A stretch of 64,000 nt of DNA, from assembly GCA_964016885.1 (NCBI GenBank), contig OZ024743.1, positions 376,030,001 through 376,094,000 on the forward strand, written 5' to 3'. Each line of letters begins with the position of its first letter. Position 1 is the stretch's first letter. The translations under genes were made by a program, and so were the position numbers. Origin of the DNA: Eledone cirrhosa. Taxonomy: Eukaryota. This document shows, one piece after another, positions 1 through 27,665 of the stretch. The notes beneath the pieces were generated by a model. The model was not told where the DNA came from and did not search any database. It saw nothing but the letters and a program-made list of their open reading frames with translations.

Positions 1-258
1 CAACACCATGCCCACCACCACCACCAACAACAACAACAGCAGTAGCAGCGCCATCACCAACAACAACTACAACACCAGCAACAACAACAACAGCAGCTGT
101 AACACCAAGAACAACAACATCAGCACCAACACCATCACCACCAATAACAACAACAACAACACCACTAGGACAACGACGACGACCACCACCACCAACAACA
201 GCAGCAGCGGCACCACCATCAACAGCAGCAGCACCACCGTCACCACCACCACCACCAT
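1..258. repeat. Degenerate CAA/CAC/CAG triplet low-complexity tract
   Basis: Runs of caa/cac/cag; poly-T/N/S ORFs are artefacts. Confidence 0.9.
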
Positions 259-384
259 TATATCGGTGTCAATACAACTACTCAAATCATATTCTTTCTT
301 ATCTATCTTAATTTTAGTAATTTTTAAATAAAAAAAAAAAATAAACTTAAAAAAAAAATTTTTTAAATCCCTTAAGATCTTCTT

Positions 385-2195
385 GAAACCGCCACCACCC
401 CGTTTAAATGAAATCTCCCACCTCTTTAAATGAACTCTCACCACCCCGTTTAAATGAACTCTCCCACCCCTTTAAATGGACGCTCACCACTCCCTTTAAA
501 TGAATTCTAACCATCCCCTTTTAATGAACTCTCCCACTCCTTTAAATGAACTCTCACCCCTTTTAAATGAACTCTCACCACCCCCTTTAAATGAACTCAC
601 TCACCCCCTTAAATGAACTCTCACCACCCCTTTAAATAAACTCCCACCTTTAAATAAACTATCACCACCTCCTTTAAATGAACGCTTACCACTCCCTTTA
701 AATGAACTCTCACAACCCCCTTTATATGAACCCTCCCACCCCCTTTAAATGAACTCTCCCACCTCCTTTAAATGAACTCTCACCACCCCCTTTAAATGAA
801 TATCCACCCCTCTTTAAATGAACTCTCCCACCTCCTTTATATGAACCCTCCCACCCCCTTTAAATGAACTCTCCTCACCTCCTTTAAATGAACTATCACT
901 ATCCCTTTTTAAATGAACTCTCACCACCTCCTTTAAATGAACTCTCACCACCTGCTTTAAATGAACTCTCCCACCCCCTTTAAATGAACTCTCACCACCC
1001 GCTTTAAATGAACTCTCACCCCCCTTTAAATGAACTCTCCTCACCCCGCTTTAAATGAGCTCTCATCACCCACTTTATATGAACCCCCCACCTTCTTTAA
1101 ATGAACTATCACCACCCCCTTCAAATGAACTATCACCACCCCTTTAAATGAACTCTCCCACCTCCTTTATATGAACCCTCCCACCCCTTCAAATTAACTC
1201 TCACCACCCACTTTAAATGAACTCTCCCACCCACTTTAAATGAACTCTCACCACTCCCTTTAAATGAACTCTCACCACCCCCTTTAAATGAACTCTCACC
1301 ACCCCCTTTAAATGAACTCTCACCACCTTCTTTAAATGAACTCTCACCACCTTCTTTATATGAACCCTCCCACCCCTTCAAATTAACTCTCACCACCTTC
1401 TTTAAATGAACTCTCCCACCCACTTTAAATGAACTCTCACCACCCCCTTTAAATGAACTCTCACCACCTTCTGTAAATGAACTCTCACCACCTTCTTTAA
1501 ATGAACTCTCACCACCTTCTTTAAATGAACTCTCACCACCCCCTTTAAATGAACTCTCACCACCCCCTTTAAATGATCTCTCACCACCTTCTTTAAATGA
1601 ACTCTCACCACCCCCTTTAAATGAACTCTCACCACCCCCTTTAAATGATCTCTCACCACCTTCTTTAAATGAACTCTCACCACCTTCTTTAAATGAACTC
1701 TCACCACCCCCTTTAAATGAACTCTCACCACCCCCTTTAAATGAACTCTCACCACCTCCTTTAAATGATCTCTCACCACCTTCTTTAAATGAACTCTCAC
1801 CACCTTCTTTAAATGAACTCTCACCACCCCCTTTAAATGAACTCTCACCACCCCCTTTAAATGAACTCTCACCACCCCCTTTAAATGAACTCTCACCACC
1901 TTCTTTAAATGAACTCTCACCACCTTCTTTAAATGAACTCTCACCACCCCCTTTAAATGAACTCTCACCACCCCCTTTAAATGAACTCTCACCACCCCCT
2001 TTAAATGAACTCTCACCACCTTCTTTAAATGAACTCTCACCACCTTCTTTAAATGAACTCTCACCACCCCCTTTAAATGAACTCTCACCACCCCCTTTAA
2101 ATGAACTCTCACCACCCCCTTTAAATGAACTCTCACCACCCCCTTTAAATGAACTCTCACCACCCCCTTTAAATGAACTCTCACCACCTTCTTTA
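385..2195. repeat. 24-bp minisatellite, ~75 units, TTTAAATGAACTCTCACCACC(CCC/TTC)
   Basis: Direct tandem repeat, degenerate to ~1400 and near perfect after; gives the VVRVHLKG ORF. Confidence 0.97.
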
Positions 2196-2558
2196 TAGTA
2201 ACGACCACCTCGTCTTTCTTTTAACAGTCACACTCCGCCTCCACATTTCTTAGAACCGTCACCTCCCTTTTTCTTGGAATCGCGACCCACTCCTTTTTTC
2301 GAAAGACACCCCCCCTTTATTGTAAAGGCCACCCCCTCATTTCTTTAAACCGTCACCTCCCTCCCACCGCCATTTTTGTATAAATCCCCCCTTCCCCTTC
2401 ATTTTCTATTCGTTCATTTATTCTGTTCCTTTAATTTCAATATTATTTCATTCTCAGACTATTCAAATAATTATTTGAAACTCTTTAATCTTCTTCAATC
2501 TATATATCCAATATTAACGTTAAAAACTGTATTAAATGTAATTAAGGTTTGGTAGTTG

Positions 2559-2613
2559 GCAGCAGCAACAGTTGCAGCAGCAGCAGCAGCAGCAGCAGCA
2601 GAGCAGCAGCAGC

Positions 2614-2656
<43 letters not shown>

Positions 2657-2692
2657 AAAGTAGCAGTGGTAGTAGTAGTAAAAGTAACAGTG

Positions 2693-2728
<36 letters not shown>

Positions 2729-2866
2729 ATAGTAGTAGTAAAAGTAGTAATAGTAGTAGTAAAAGTAGTAGTAGTAGTAAAAGTAGTAGTAGTAAGAGGT
2801 GGAGGGGGAGGATTTGTGGTGGTGGTGGTGGTGGTGGTAATGAAGAAGAAGAAGAAGAAGAAGAAG
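2559..2866. repeat. Compound triplet microsatellite (CAG)n(TAG)n(GGT)n(GAA)n
   Basis: Directly visible. Confidence 0.95.
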
Positions 2867-2888
2867 TCGTAGATGTATAATATATATA

Positions 2889-15461
<12,573 letters not shown>

Positions 15462-15639
15462 CTGCCAATGTGTTGAACGGTTGAAAATATATAGTATTTT
15501 CTTAAGTATACATCGGCTGAGTAACCTCATTTGCATACCGAGCGAGTTACGTCTGACTTTGCCGAATATTTGAAATAAAATAATGGGGTATATCGAACAT
15601 TAATAATTGTTTCTACTTTTCGCACAAGGCAAGCAATTA

Positions 15640-15785
15640 TCCCAGTGTATTACTGGTACTTTATTTTATCGACCCCGTAACAATGAAAGGCATAGTTAAC
15701 CTCGGCGGGATTTGAACCCAGACCACAAAGGGCCGTAACTCTTTGCTGGAACGCATGGCGTCCGACTCTCTACCGATACTGCCAA
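15640..15785 (-). mobile_element. Octopus-type SINE
   Basis: actggtactttattttatcgaccccg..atgaaaggcatagttaacctcggcgggatttgaac. Confidence 0.75.
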
Positions 15786-15862
15786 TAATGTTCGATTCGT
15801 TTGTTTACAAACCCATACGTACATATGTATATGTATATATGTGTGTGTGTATATATATACAG

Positions 15863-16865
<1,003 letters not shown>

Positions 16866-16868
<3 letters not shown>

Positions 16869-17382
16869 TAATAAAAACAATCAATAAAAACAAAGAACAA
16901 GTTCCTTATATTAAAAAATTCATCATTTTACGATCGTTTCTAGGATATATATGTGTGTTGGTATGTATATCATATAGATCTATGTAAAAAATTTACAAAC
17001 TATCAGAGGAAATATACATACCTTCACATATATATGCTGTCACATATATATGCCTTCACATATATATACCTTCACATATATATGCTGAAGACAGCATATA
17101 TATGTGAAGGTATGTATATTTCCTCTGATAGTTTGTAAATTTTTACATAGATCTATATGATATACATACCAACACACATATATATCCTAGAAACGATCGT
17201 AAAATGATGAATTTTTTAATAAAAGGAACTTGTTCTTTGTTTTTATTCATTGTTTTTATTAATTTATCTTGACTCTGTTTTCCTGTGATTTTCATCGACA
17301 AATTTTTGAATACATCTTCTCTTTTCATGATATTTGGATTACATTGAGTTCTTCATACAGATTGGACACTACCGTATATTTT

Positions 17383-17385
<3 letters not shown>
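16866..17385. mobile_element. Family O retroelement 3' end, inverted pair in (TA)n
   Basis: 16866-17035 is the reverse complement of ~17095-17266. Confidence 0.7.
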
Positions 17386-17426
<41 letters not shown>

Positions 17427-17427
<1 letters not shown>

Positions 17428-17628
17428 GTTATTCCGGGTTGAGTCGGAGGTAACCACAGTAAGTAAGGTACTCAATACATAGCAGAGTATAACAGTTTTA
17501 ATATAGATGAGATTCTACAGGACTAGAACTGTTTCATTCATTTGAAATCATCAGGAATCCCTGATTCCTGATGATTTCAAATGAATGACACAGTTCTAGT
17601 CCTGTAGAATCTCATCTATATTAAAACT
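17427..17628. mobile_element. PLE family C mini-insertion, inverted pair
   Basis: 17494-17559 and 17563-17628 are reverse complements, flanked by (TA)n. Confidence 0.8.
17511..17559 (-). ncRNA. Type I HHR, family C
   Basis: gattc CTGATGA tttcaaatgaat GAAA cag ttctagtc ctg TA gaatc; plus copy 17563-17611 has GACA. Confidence 0.8.
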
Positions 17629-17646
17629 ATATATATATATATATAG

Positions 17647-18162
17647 TTCAGTCAGCGACTTGAAAATTCTAGTACAAACACTACACCTGTGACAATTATT
17701 GACACATAGTGCTGGGCCCATGGTACCATGTGACGACAAGAGTAGAGAGATCTCCAGATATAAAGCAATGCCTGTGCCGTGAAGCTTTTATAGTGAGCAA
17801 AGGCACTGCACAAAGCCAGTCCCACTCTCTTAACCAAGATGATATTTACCAAAAAGAAGAACAAGTCAACATCATTGCATACCATCAGGGTTGCAGGTGT
17901 TATATCAGAGCTTTCCTTCTCCTAGAATTGTGCCTTGACAAAGGCTAAGAGGTCATCTCTCCCGGTGATTTTGGATGGCCATTGACTCTTAAGAGCTCCT
18001 TTGCCCTTTGACAGGTTTTGTTTTTAGTCCTGCAGGATGTCCAAAGTCACCCTCCTCACCAAGAAACCTTGGTGGGGTTGCCAGTTTAGTCGCCAACGAC
18101 CCGACCATGAGACAGGTTGTACTGGGATACATGTTACCAGTAGCACCAACTGGTGACCTGAC
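17647..18162 (-). mobile_element. Probable RTE-type LINE 5' region
   Basis: tttccttctcctag and ggggttgccagtttagtcgcc resemble RTE 5' UTRs (from memory, not searched). Confidence 0.4.
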
Positions 18163-18187
18163 ATATATATATAAATATATACATATA

Positions 18188-18371
18188 GCGAAGGAAAAGT
18201 GGTAAGGAACCAGGTGGACCATAACGCACCAAAGTACTCAATACTTAGGGTAGTAGAGTGGGTAATAGGAGTAAGTAAGACCCCGACGGCTGAGCTCAAG
18301 CCGTTTCGACGGCTAAAGAATTGGCCGTCGAAACGGCTTGAGCTCAGCCGTCGGGGTCTTACTTACTCCTA
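18188..18371. mobile_element. PLE family G mini-insertion, inverted pair containing the 3' half of its HHR
   Basis: Matches 25226-25350 and 27720-27773. Confidence 0.85.
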
Positions 18372-18376
18372 TATAT

Positions 18377-18421
<45 letters not shown>

Positions 18422-18703
18422 AATTTTAATACAGCATTAACGAAGGTTTAGGCTGCGGCTAAGCCAACGACTGCAGATTCGGAATGTAGCTTTAGCACTC
18501 GACGGAGAATAATACCCCAGAGTTATAACAATACGTTTAGACAGCTTTGCAAAGCAAATATAGCGATCGGCAGTTCAGCCGCATTGCCATAGCCACGAAA
18601 AAAACTGGACTCATATATATCAACACCCCACTCTCCAGAGCGTGAAATTAATAAACTTTCGTTGTACTGCCTCTCTGTTTTGTCCCTGTTCAAATTTTTC
18701 CAT

Positions 18704-18825
<122 letters not shown>

Positions 18826-18865
18826 TACACATATATATATACATATATATATACATATATATATA

Positions 18866-18969
18866 TATTTCGTTTCTGAATTTGTTTAGCAAGATTCTTT
18901 ATCTGAAATTATCCAGAATTAGCCGTCGAAACGGCTTGAGCTCAGCCGTCGGAGTCCTACTCGTTCCTA
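18866..18969. mobile_element. Mini-chimera: family D tail (-) joined to family G 3' end (+)
   Basis: 18866-18908 matches rc of 43354-43395; 18913-18969 matches 27716-27773. Confidence 0.85.
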
Positions 18970-18970
18970 T

Positions 18971-19015
<45 letters not shown>

Positions 19016-19016
<1 letters not shown>

Positions 19017-19442
19017 TTCGTTTCTGAATTTATTTAGCAAGATTCTTTATCTGAAAACGTGTGTTGAAACCGATATTGTTATACTTTGGGAGGGTCATGT
19101 TGCCAATAAGAAACACACGCACCAGTTGCTTTCACTTCAATTTATTATAATAAATTTATAAATTTAGGAATTTATAAATTTCCGGTTGGTTGGTTGGTTC
19201 CACAACCAGATGATTGTTCATATATTGTCAAAGTTCTTTCAAAGTTCTTTCACTGAAGAGGTCACAGAATGTGTGACGAAAGAACTTTGACAATATATGA
19301 ACAATAATTTGGTTGTGTAACCAACCAACCAACCGGAAATTTATAAATTCCTAAATTTATATATTTATTATAATAAATTGAAGTGAAAGCAACTGGTGCG
19401 TGTGTTTCTTATTGGCAACATGACCCTCCCAAAGTATAACAA
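19016..19442. mobile_element. PLE family D variant pLTR, inverted pair with truncated HHR
   Basis: Homologous to 43136-43394; CTGAAGA..GAAAGAACTT at 19253-19287. Confidence 0.85.
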
Positions 19443-19466
19443 TATATATATACACACACACACACA

Positions 19467-19497
<31 letters not shown>

Positions 19498-19506
19498 TTA
19501 TTTGGA

Positions 19507-19828
<322 letters not shown>

Positions 19829-20062
19829 ATAGGTCGGTTTTTATCATTTATTTTGTTTGACCTGTTTAGCTTGAGTTGTTTTTTGGCTTAGGTGGTTAAT
19901 GCCTTCTTGACCACTTTTTCATTTTGTATGGTGTTTTAACATAATGTTTAGCTCTAGTTTTCTTAACTATTTAGGCGCTTGCCAGCATGCCTACGATTTT
20001 GCGTTTCGTTTCGCTTTTTCTACCAGCCGAAATACGATTCTCGGTGAATTTATATATATATA

Positions 20063-20237
<175 letters not shown>

Positions 20238-20248
20238 ATATACATACC

Positions 20249-20282
<34 letters not shown>

Positions 20283-20326
20283 GGTATATATACCTATATA
20301 TATATGTATATATATATAGGTATATA

Positions 20327-21125
20327 CGGCTGCACCGTACAACTTCAAGAGGAAATGCGATCTTTGCCTCATGGAGCTCTACCACATCATAACTGCACCC
20401 CACGACCTCATCAACAGCAGAGCTGAAACAGCGATAGGTTGTACACATCGCTTAAAAATATCCTTCTTCAGATCGGTTAAGGATGAGGAGTAAAACCGTG
20501 CACCGGATCTCCCTGCAACAAGTCTTAACACCCCGGCGGGCAGGCGCTGCAAAATAACACCCAGGAAGCTATCCTTTGCATACCAAACCCAGCCTCAAAC
20601 GACTCAGACAAACAGATGCAGCAAAAAAAAAAATCTCAAAATAAGCGTTGATTACATGCGTATCGACAATGATAAGGTTGTAACCTCATCTCGTAGCGGA
20701 TAAAAAAATTTGTCCGGGAAAGACTGCCCTAACACCGGCCAGAGTTACCTCCCTTGACCAGCTGCAAAATCAAAACAAGCTATTTTTGCGAGCAATGAAC
20801 CTGGACGTGAATTTAACCCCCAAAACTCTTTCCGAACAATGCAAGGAACACTTTTGATTATTTATGCCCTTGAGAAGCCCAACTGGGCGAAACGTACGTA
20901 GGTGGTGTTTTAAATAAACATATTTTAACGGTCTTTTCTCCGATTTCTTACTTTCCCACGTGCTTACGCTCTGCTAACTCTCTAGCCCACTAAATATTAA
21001 CACTTCGAATATTTAATACTGCCGGCAATAGTATCGAGCACCTTTGGCATACGCTACTTGGCAAATAACTATATGTATCACCTATCCTCCCCTTTTTTTT
21101 CTCTCTCTCATTACGTAAATACTGT
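20327..21125 (+). mobile_element. PLE family E 3' fragment (EN C-terminus + UTR)
   Basis: Translates [40 protein letters not shown], matching the CxLCxxE..LN..CxH end of other PLEs here. Confidence 0.8.
20864..20907 (+). ncRNA. Minimal type I HHR, family E (U3-A8 variant)
   Basis: cc TTGAGAA gccc aact gggc GAAA cgtacg TA gg; stem I weak. Confidence 0.7.
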
Positions 21126-21154
21126 ATATATATATATATCTGTATATATCTATT

Positions 21155-21248
<94 letters not shown>

Positions 21249-21722
21249 CAATATTACATAAATGGAAAACTATATTTATAAAACCATATTTATTTCATTA
21301 TATATATTTCGGGGATATCATATTAACAATATGCTATGCCTTCATCAGACAAAATACAATATAAACAGTTTTATAGATAAATAAATTCGACATACCGTAA
21401 TAAACATCAACTTCATTTGAAGAGGTTCACTCTAGCAGTGAAAATACAGAGAGAAAGAAAGAGAGAGAGAAAAAAGGGAAATAAGAAAGAAAGAAAGACG
21501 AAACGAAGAAAAGGAAGAAAAAGAAGAAAAAGAAGAAATGCATGGGACAAAATAGAGAGATGGAAAAAATAGATAAAGCGAAGAGCTTCATGTAAAGAGA
21601 CCGAAAGAGATATATATATATATATAGAGAGAGAGGAAATAGAGATAGATACATATATAAATATAGATATAGAAAAATTAGGTAGTGGGAGGTCATTTTG
21701 AGTAAGTGTATCAATGATGCAT

Positions 21723-21757
<35 letters not shown>

Positions 21758-22155
21758 GCTCAAGTATTAATGTAAGGGAGATATAGAGAGATATAGAGAG
21801 ATATAGAGAGAGAAAAATTTAAAAATAGCCAGACATATTCGAGGCGTAGAAAACCCTATGTTTTAATGTATTAGTATTTATAAAACTTACACTATATTGT
21901 AAATATCAGTATTCCTGAATGAAACAAGTATTCACAATGCGTGAAAATTCATTATCTTATGTTTAGTTTTTAAAAAAAATTCATATGTCTATGTGAATCC
22001 AACTGATTCACTCCGCAAATTCAAAGTTACCGGAAAACATTCTCAATGTGGTATAAACATTTGAGCGTATTATTATTCTTGCGATTACTCTACAAGATTA
22101 TCTATCAAGCAGAAATAGAGAGCAGATTTCAATATACTAATCGAAAATATATATT

Positions 22156-22941
22156 AATGATGATAAACAAACTAAACAAAGTAACAACTTTTTTAATTAT
22201 GGCAACAACATTAACAACTATAATAGAAAGCATTACAATAATTCCAAAGGACAAAAAAGAAATAGAACTAGGAACATAATTTGGTTTGCCCCCCCTTTCT
22301 CACTAAACATTAAAACCCACATCGCTAAATTATTTTTCAAAGCTCTTGATAATCGCTTCCCTAGAACACATAGGTACCACTCAATCTTCAATAGGCATAC
22401 AATTAAATTAACCTATTCATCCACCAAAAATTTAGCACAAAATATTAATAGAATAAATAATAGGAACTTAAAACCTACTGATAATAGCATAAATAATATA
22501 CAAGTTAACAAATGTAACTGTAGAGATAGATCTAAATGTCCGTTAAATAACAACTGCTTAGTTAAAAATATAGTATACAATTGTAATGTTAATACTGACT
22601 CTAATTCTTTTAACTACGTCGGTTCCACATCGACGGAATTTAAACTTCGCTATAATAACCACAAGAATTCTTTCACAGATCCAAATAAAAAATCTTCAAC
22701 GGCACTATCAGGTGTACTCTGGCAACTTAAGCTAGATAACGTTAGATATTCGACGGCTTGGAATATAGTCTCAAGAGGGATTCCTTTTAATTCATCCTCT
22801 GAGACATGTGACCTCTGCGCAGAGGAGATATTCTTTATACTAAAATCTAAAAATTCCCTTAACCTACGGACAAATTTATTCAGTTGTTGCAAACATAGAT
22901 TAAACTCAACGTTTAAATATAAATTTAAATTTAAAATGTAG
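22156..22941 (+). pseudogene. PLE thumb/linker/GIY-YIG EN fragment (no start codon, absent from ORF track)
   Basis: Manual translation: IIWFAPPFS..TIKLTYS..CNCRDRSKCPLNNNC..IVY..YVGST..RYNNH..CDLCAEE..CKH. Confidence 0.9.
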
Positions 22942-24034
22942 TATATTTAGTTTGATTTATATTTATATGAGAACTAGCCGATAAATCTTTTGATTCCTAA
23001 ATCTTTGATTCCCTCTTTTTACTGTTTATTTTATTGTATTTATTTTTATTTTTATTTTTTTTATCTAAACATTCCTCATGAAAAATTAAGCTACCCTAAA
23101 AGCCGATGCTCCAAATTTTATGAATTAACCTTACACTTGATAAACTTATATATTAAATATAGGAACATATGTAGACATTATTGGACATCATAATCTTTTT
23201 TTTTTTTTTTGCGATATTCCTTGCTAGGTGTGATTTGATAGATAATTTTTGGCTTTGTCTTGTAGTGAACTTGGCAATATATTGTCAATTAACCTTGAAG
23301 GGTTGTTCTTTGTGGTTTATTTTTTATTTTCATTTTTATTTTTATTTTTATTTTTATTTTTATTTTTATTCTTTTAGTATTGTAGTATTCTATAATATTT
23401 TTATATTTTTATTTTATTTTTTATTTTATTTTATTTTTATTTTTAATATTTTTATATGTAAAGTTTTAATACGTAATATTTTTAATACGTAGTATTTTTA
23501 ATATGCAATATTTTTATTATGTAATATTCTTTCGTAATATTCTTTTTTAGTTTTCTATTCTATATTTTTATATTTTTATATATTTTTATATATTTTTACT
23601 TATTATCATTATTATTGTTATCTCTGCTTATAATATAATATATATTTTCGATTAGTATATTGAAATCTGCTCTCTATTTCTGCTTGATAGATAATCTTGT
23701 AGAGTAATCGCAAGAATAATAATACGCTCAAATGTTTATACCACATTGAGAATGTTTTCCGGTAACTTTGAATTTGCGGAGTGAATCAGTTGGATTCACA
23801 TAGACATATGAATTTTTTTTAAAAACTAAACATAAGATAATGAATTTTCACGCATTGTGAATACTTGTTTCATTCAGGAATACTGATATTTACAATATAG
23901 TGTAAGTTTTATAAATACTAATACATTAAAACATAGGGTTTTCTACGCCTCGAATATGTCTGGCTATTTTTAAATTTTTCTCTCTCTATATCTCTCTATA
24001 TCTCTCTATATCTCCCTTACATTAATACTTGAGC

Positions 24035-24069
<35 letters not shown>

Positions 24070-24436
24070 ATGCATCATTGATACACTTACTCAAAATGAC
24101 CTCCCACTACCTAATTTTTCTATATCTATATTTATATATGTATCTATCTCTATTTCCTCTCTCTCTCTATATATATATATATCTCTTTCGGTCTCTTTAC
24201 ATGAAGCTCTTCGCTTTATCTATTTTTTCCATCTCTCTATTTTGTCCCATGCATTTCTTCTTTTTCTTCTTTTTCTTCCTTTTCTTCGTTTCGTCTTTCT
24301 TTCTTTCTTATTTCCCTTTTTTCTCTCTCTCTTTCTTTCTCTCTGTATTTTCACTGCTAGAGTGAACCTCTTCAAATGAAGTTGATGTTTATTACGGTAT
24401 GTCGAATATATTTATCTATAAAACTGTTTATATTGT

Positions 24437-24500
24437 ATTTTGTCTGATGAAGGCATAGCATATTGTTAATATGATATCCCCGAAATATATATAATGAAAT
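24437..24500 (+). ncRNA. Minimal type I HHR, family F
   Basis: attttgt CTGATGA a ggcatagcatatt gtt aatatgatatcccc GAAA tatata TA atgaaat; inverted copy 21292-21355. Confidence 0.8.
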
Positions 24501-24629
24501 AAATATGGTTTTATAAATATAGTTTTCCATTTATGTAATATTGTAAATATACTCCAAGTATTTGTCGAGTGCTTTTATATCAGTTATAAATATTTACTAG
24601 TTGTAACCCAACAATTTTAAATATAACTT

Positions 24630-24693
<64 letters not shown>

Positions 24694-24857
24694 TATCTGT
24701 ATATATATATATATACATATAATGAAATAAATATGGTTTTATAAATATAGTTTCCATTTGTTTAATATCGTATATCTACTCCAAAAACTTGTCGAGTGCT
24801 TTATATCAGTTATAAAATATTTACTTGTTGTAACCCAACAATTTTAAATAAAAGTTT

Positions 24858-24925
<68 letters not shown>

Positions 24926-24942
24926 CCTGTATATATATATAC

Positions 24943-25141
<199 letters not shown>

Positions 25142-25181
25142 TATATATATATATATATATATCTGTATATATATCTAACTA

Positions 25182-25221
<40 letters not shown>

Positions 25222-25534
25222 ACGAAAGCAATGTGGTAAGGAACCAGGTGGACCATAACGCACCAAAGTACACAATACTTAGGGTAGTAGAGTGGGTAAT
25301 AGGAACGAGTAGGACCCCGACGGTTGAGCTCAAGCCGTTTCGACGGCTAATTCTGGCCTAATTGAAAATTTATCCTGGTATTTGAATAGCCGAACTTCTC
25401 AAGGGGTAATTCCATATATGGTCAAAGTGATTGTCACAGGGATTGGTAAAAAAGTTAGTAGTTGAAACATAATAATTCTATGATGGCAATTTGTGGGGGG
25501 AAGTGGTAGCTAAGCCTGCCAGTAACTCACCGAT

Positions 25535-26674
25535 ATGTTTCCTGCATTCGGCGGTGGATTGTACCGTGATGATGGGCTCCTTACCCTTAAAGGGTACAAC
25601 TCCAGTAGTACAGAACGGATCCGTAAACAATTAATCAGCTTCTTCCGCGACTGGGGATTTAAAATAACCCTACAAACGTCCCTGACCCGAGTAAACTTCT
25701 TGGACGTTACCCTCGACCTCGATAATGACCTGTACTACCCATACAGGAAACCTAACGACAACCTGCACTACATCCACCGCCGATCAAACCATCCTAGGAA
25801 CATCACCAACAACCTGGTTAAAAACATCTCCCTCCGCATATCCCGTTTGTCTGCTAATGAGCAGATATTCGAGGAACATGCGCCTTATTACAACCAGGCC
25901 CCAAAGCGGAGTGGTTTCCGGGAGGAAATATCCTACTGTCCAGCTCCCACTAGCGGAACCAGCAGGTGACACCGCCGCTCACACAATGTAACATGGTTCA
26001 ATCCTCCCCACAACGCCGAGGTGACAACTCCTATCGGGAAAATCTTCTTTAGGCTCATTGAAAAACACTTCCCACTACAACACCGCTACCACAACATAAT
26101 TAACAAAAATACCATCAAACTCTCTTACAGCACTACACCAAACTTTGCACAAAACATCGTCTCCTCTAACAACAAAAAACTCAACCTCTATGGAAGAAAT
26201 AACCTAAATAGCAGTGGAGAGCCGACCAGGAGGTGCAACTGTCCTGATGGATCCATTTGCCCCCTCGACAACAGATGCAGAGATCGTAATGTGATCTACC
26301 AGTGCAACGTGAGGAAGGACACCTCCAACAAAGCTTATATAGGATTAACCGCTTGTGACTTCAAGACCCGGCTATACCAACACAGACATACCTTCCGAAA
26401 CCCGGCCCGGCGTCATGCCACCACACTTTCGGGCCACATATGGGACCTCAAGGATAACAACATTACCTTTGATCTCACTTGGAGATTACTGTCCAGAGCC
26501 AACTCCTACACAGGAGGACGCCGTCCGTGCAATTTATGCTCGGAGGAAACTTTACAAATGCTGTTTTCAACGGACCAACTCCTAAACAAGAAAGATGAAC
26601 TGGTTACTACATGTAAACACAGATTGCGTAGGACTTACCTCGCCCTCAAACCCCATAATGACCCTGGGGGGTAG
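25535..26674 (+). pseudogene. PLE RT C-terminal half + GIY-YIG EN (Hydra-like CxCx5C linker), one in-frame TGA
   Basis: GLYRDDG, FLDV, SNHP, WFNPP, CNCPDGSIC, VIY..YIG; the two track ORFs share a frame. Confidence 0.9.
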
Positions 26675-27665
26675 ACTAGGGCTATAACACCCCACTTGCC
26701 GATTTTGTAATGGGTAACCCCTGCTTGTCTAGGGAGAAGTAAGATCTTCTTTTATATCTTTTTATCGCTTCCTCTATATTTCCTTCTTCCCCCCTTTCCT
26801 CCCTAGTCCTTCCACCCCAGTTCTTTTTCTTTGTCGTCGTCTTTTTCTCGCCAACCCGAGGCAGCCCCTTGGTCCTCTGTAGCCTCAGTACCCCCTCCCC
26901 TTTTCCGTGCTTTCTATATTTCTTAGTGGCATCTTTGCTTTAATTTCTCGTTTATCAGTATTTTTTAAAATTTTTTTTTGGGGCGGTTCGAACTAATTTT
27001 CCGTATTTTACTTTTACTTCGTACGAGCTTTTATGTAGCTTGTACTAGTTCTTTTGTTTCGTGGCGGTACCCTTAGAGACAGTATTAGTATTCTTTTTCG
27101 GGACTCTGATTTATTATTTCTTACTAGTTTACTTTTTTGCACTGGGTGGTTGCTGGCCTTGTGCCTGGGGTAGAAACCTTTTTTATTTCGTGGTAGTTTC
27201 TTTAGTATTTTGGCCCCTCACTTGTAGACCCGTCACCGTTTTATGTACTTATACCTCTTAAAGGGTCTCTTTTTAATTCCGTCCCACCTAATATATTTCT
27301 TTAGCATAGCAATAGTGAGAGACTTAGGTCGTAGTAACCAGAATTCGTTTATTTTCTTTTTTAGATTTAATCGCTTTTTAACTCTCTCAGTTTTTTTAAA
27401 AATATATATTTACCCCTCATTGTTCTACTTACTGTTTCGACATCCTCCCCCTCCCCCTCCCTAGTTTCTTCTTTGACCTCACGCCCAGCTGTAGCCGGCA
27501 CTATCAACGCATGAATGGGTCTCCTCTTCCCCCTCTCCCTCTTTCTCTTACTGGGAGGCTTAGCTACCCCTTCCCCCCACAAATTGCCATCATAGAATTA
27601 TTATGTTTCAACTACTAACTTTTTGACCAATCCCCGTGACAATCACTTTGACCATATATGGAATT

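Larger units (their letters stand above)
21248..24632 (+). mobile_element. PLE family F, 5'-truncated, with ~900-bp inverted copy of its 3' end
   Basis: 21248-22153 is rc of ~23640-24545; (TA)n on both sides. Confidence 0.9.

Noticed and set aside
385-2195. CRISPR-like array or repeat protein (VVRVHLKG)
   Set aside because: No unique spacers, eukaryotic context; ORF is a by-product of a 24-bp period.
18070-18162. HDV-like ribozyme at the 5' end of the RTE-like segment
   Set aside because: Some hairpins present but no complete nested double pseudoknot could be built.
18423-18703. Short unique segments between TA tracts (also 19832-20052)
   Set aside because: Probably retroelement tails, but no motif or second copy supports a call.
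25967-25969. In-frame TGA as selenocysteine
   Set aside because: Sits in a basic R-rich stretch, so CGA to TGA decay is simpler; no SECIS recognised.
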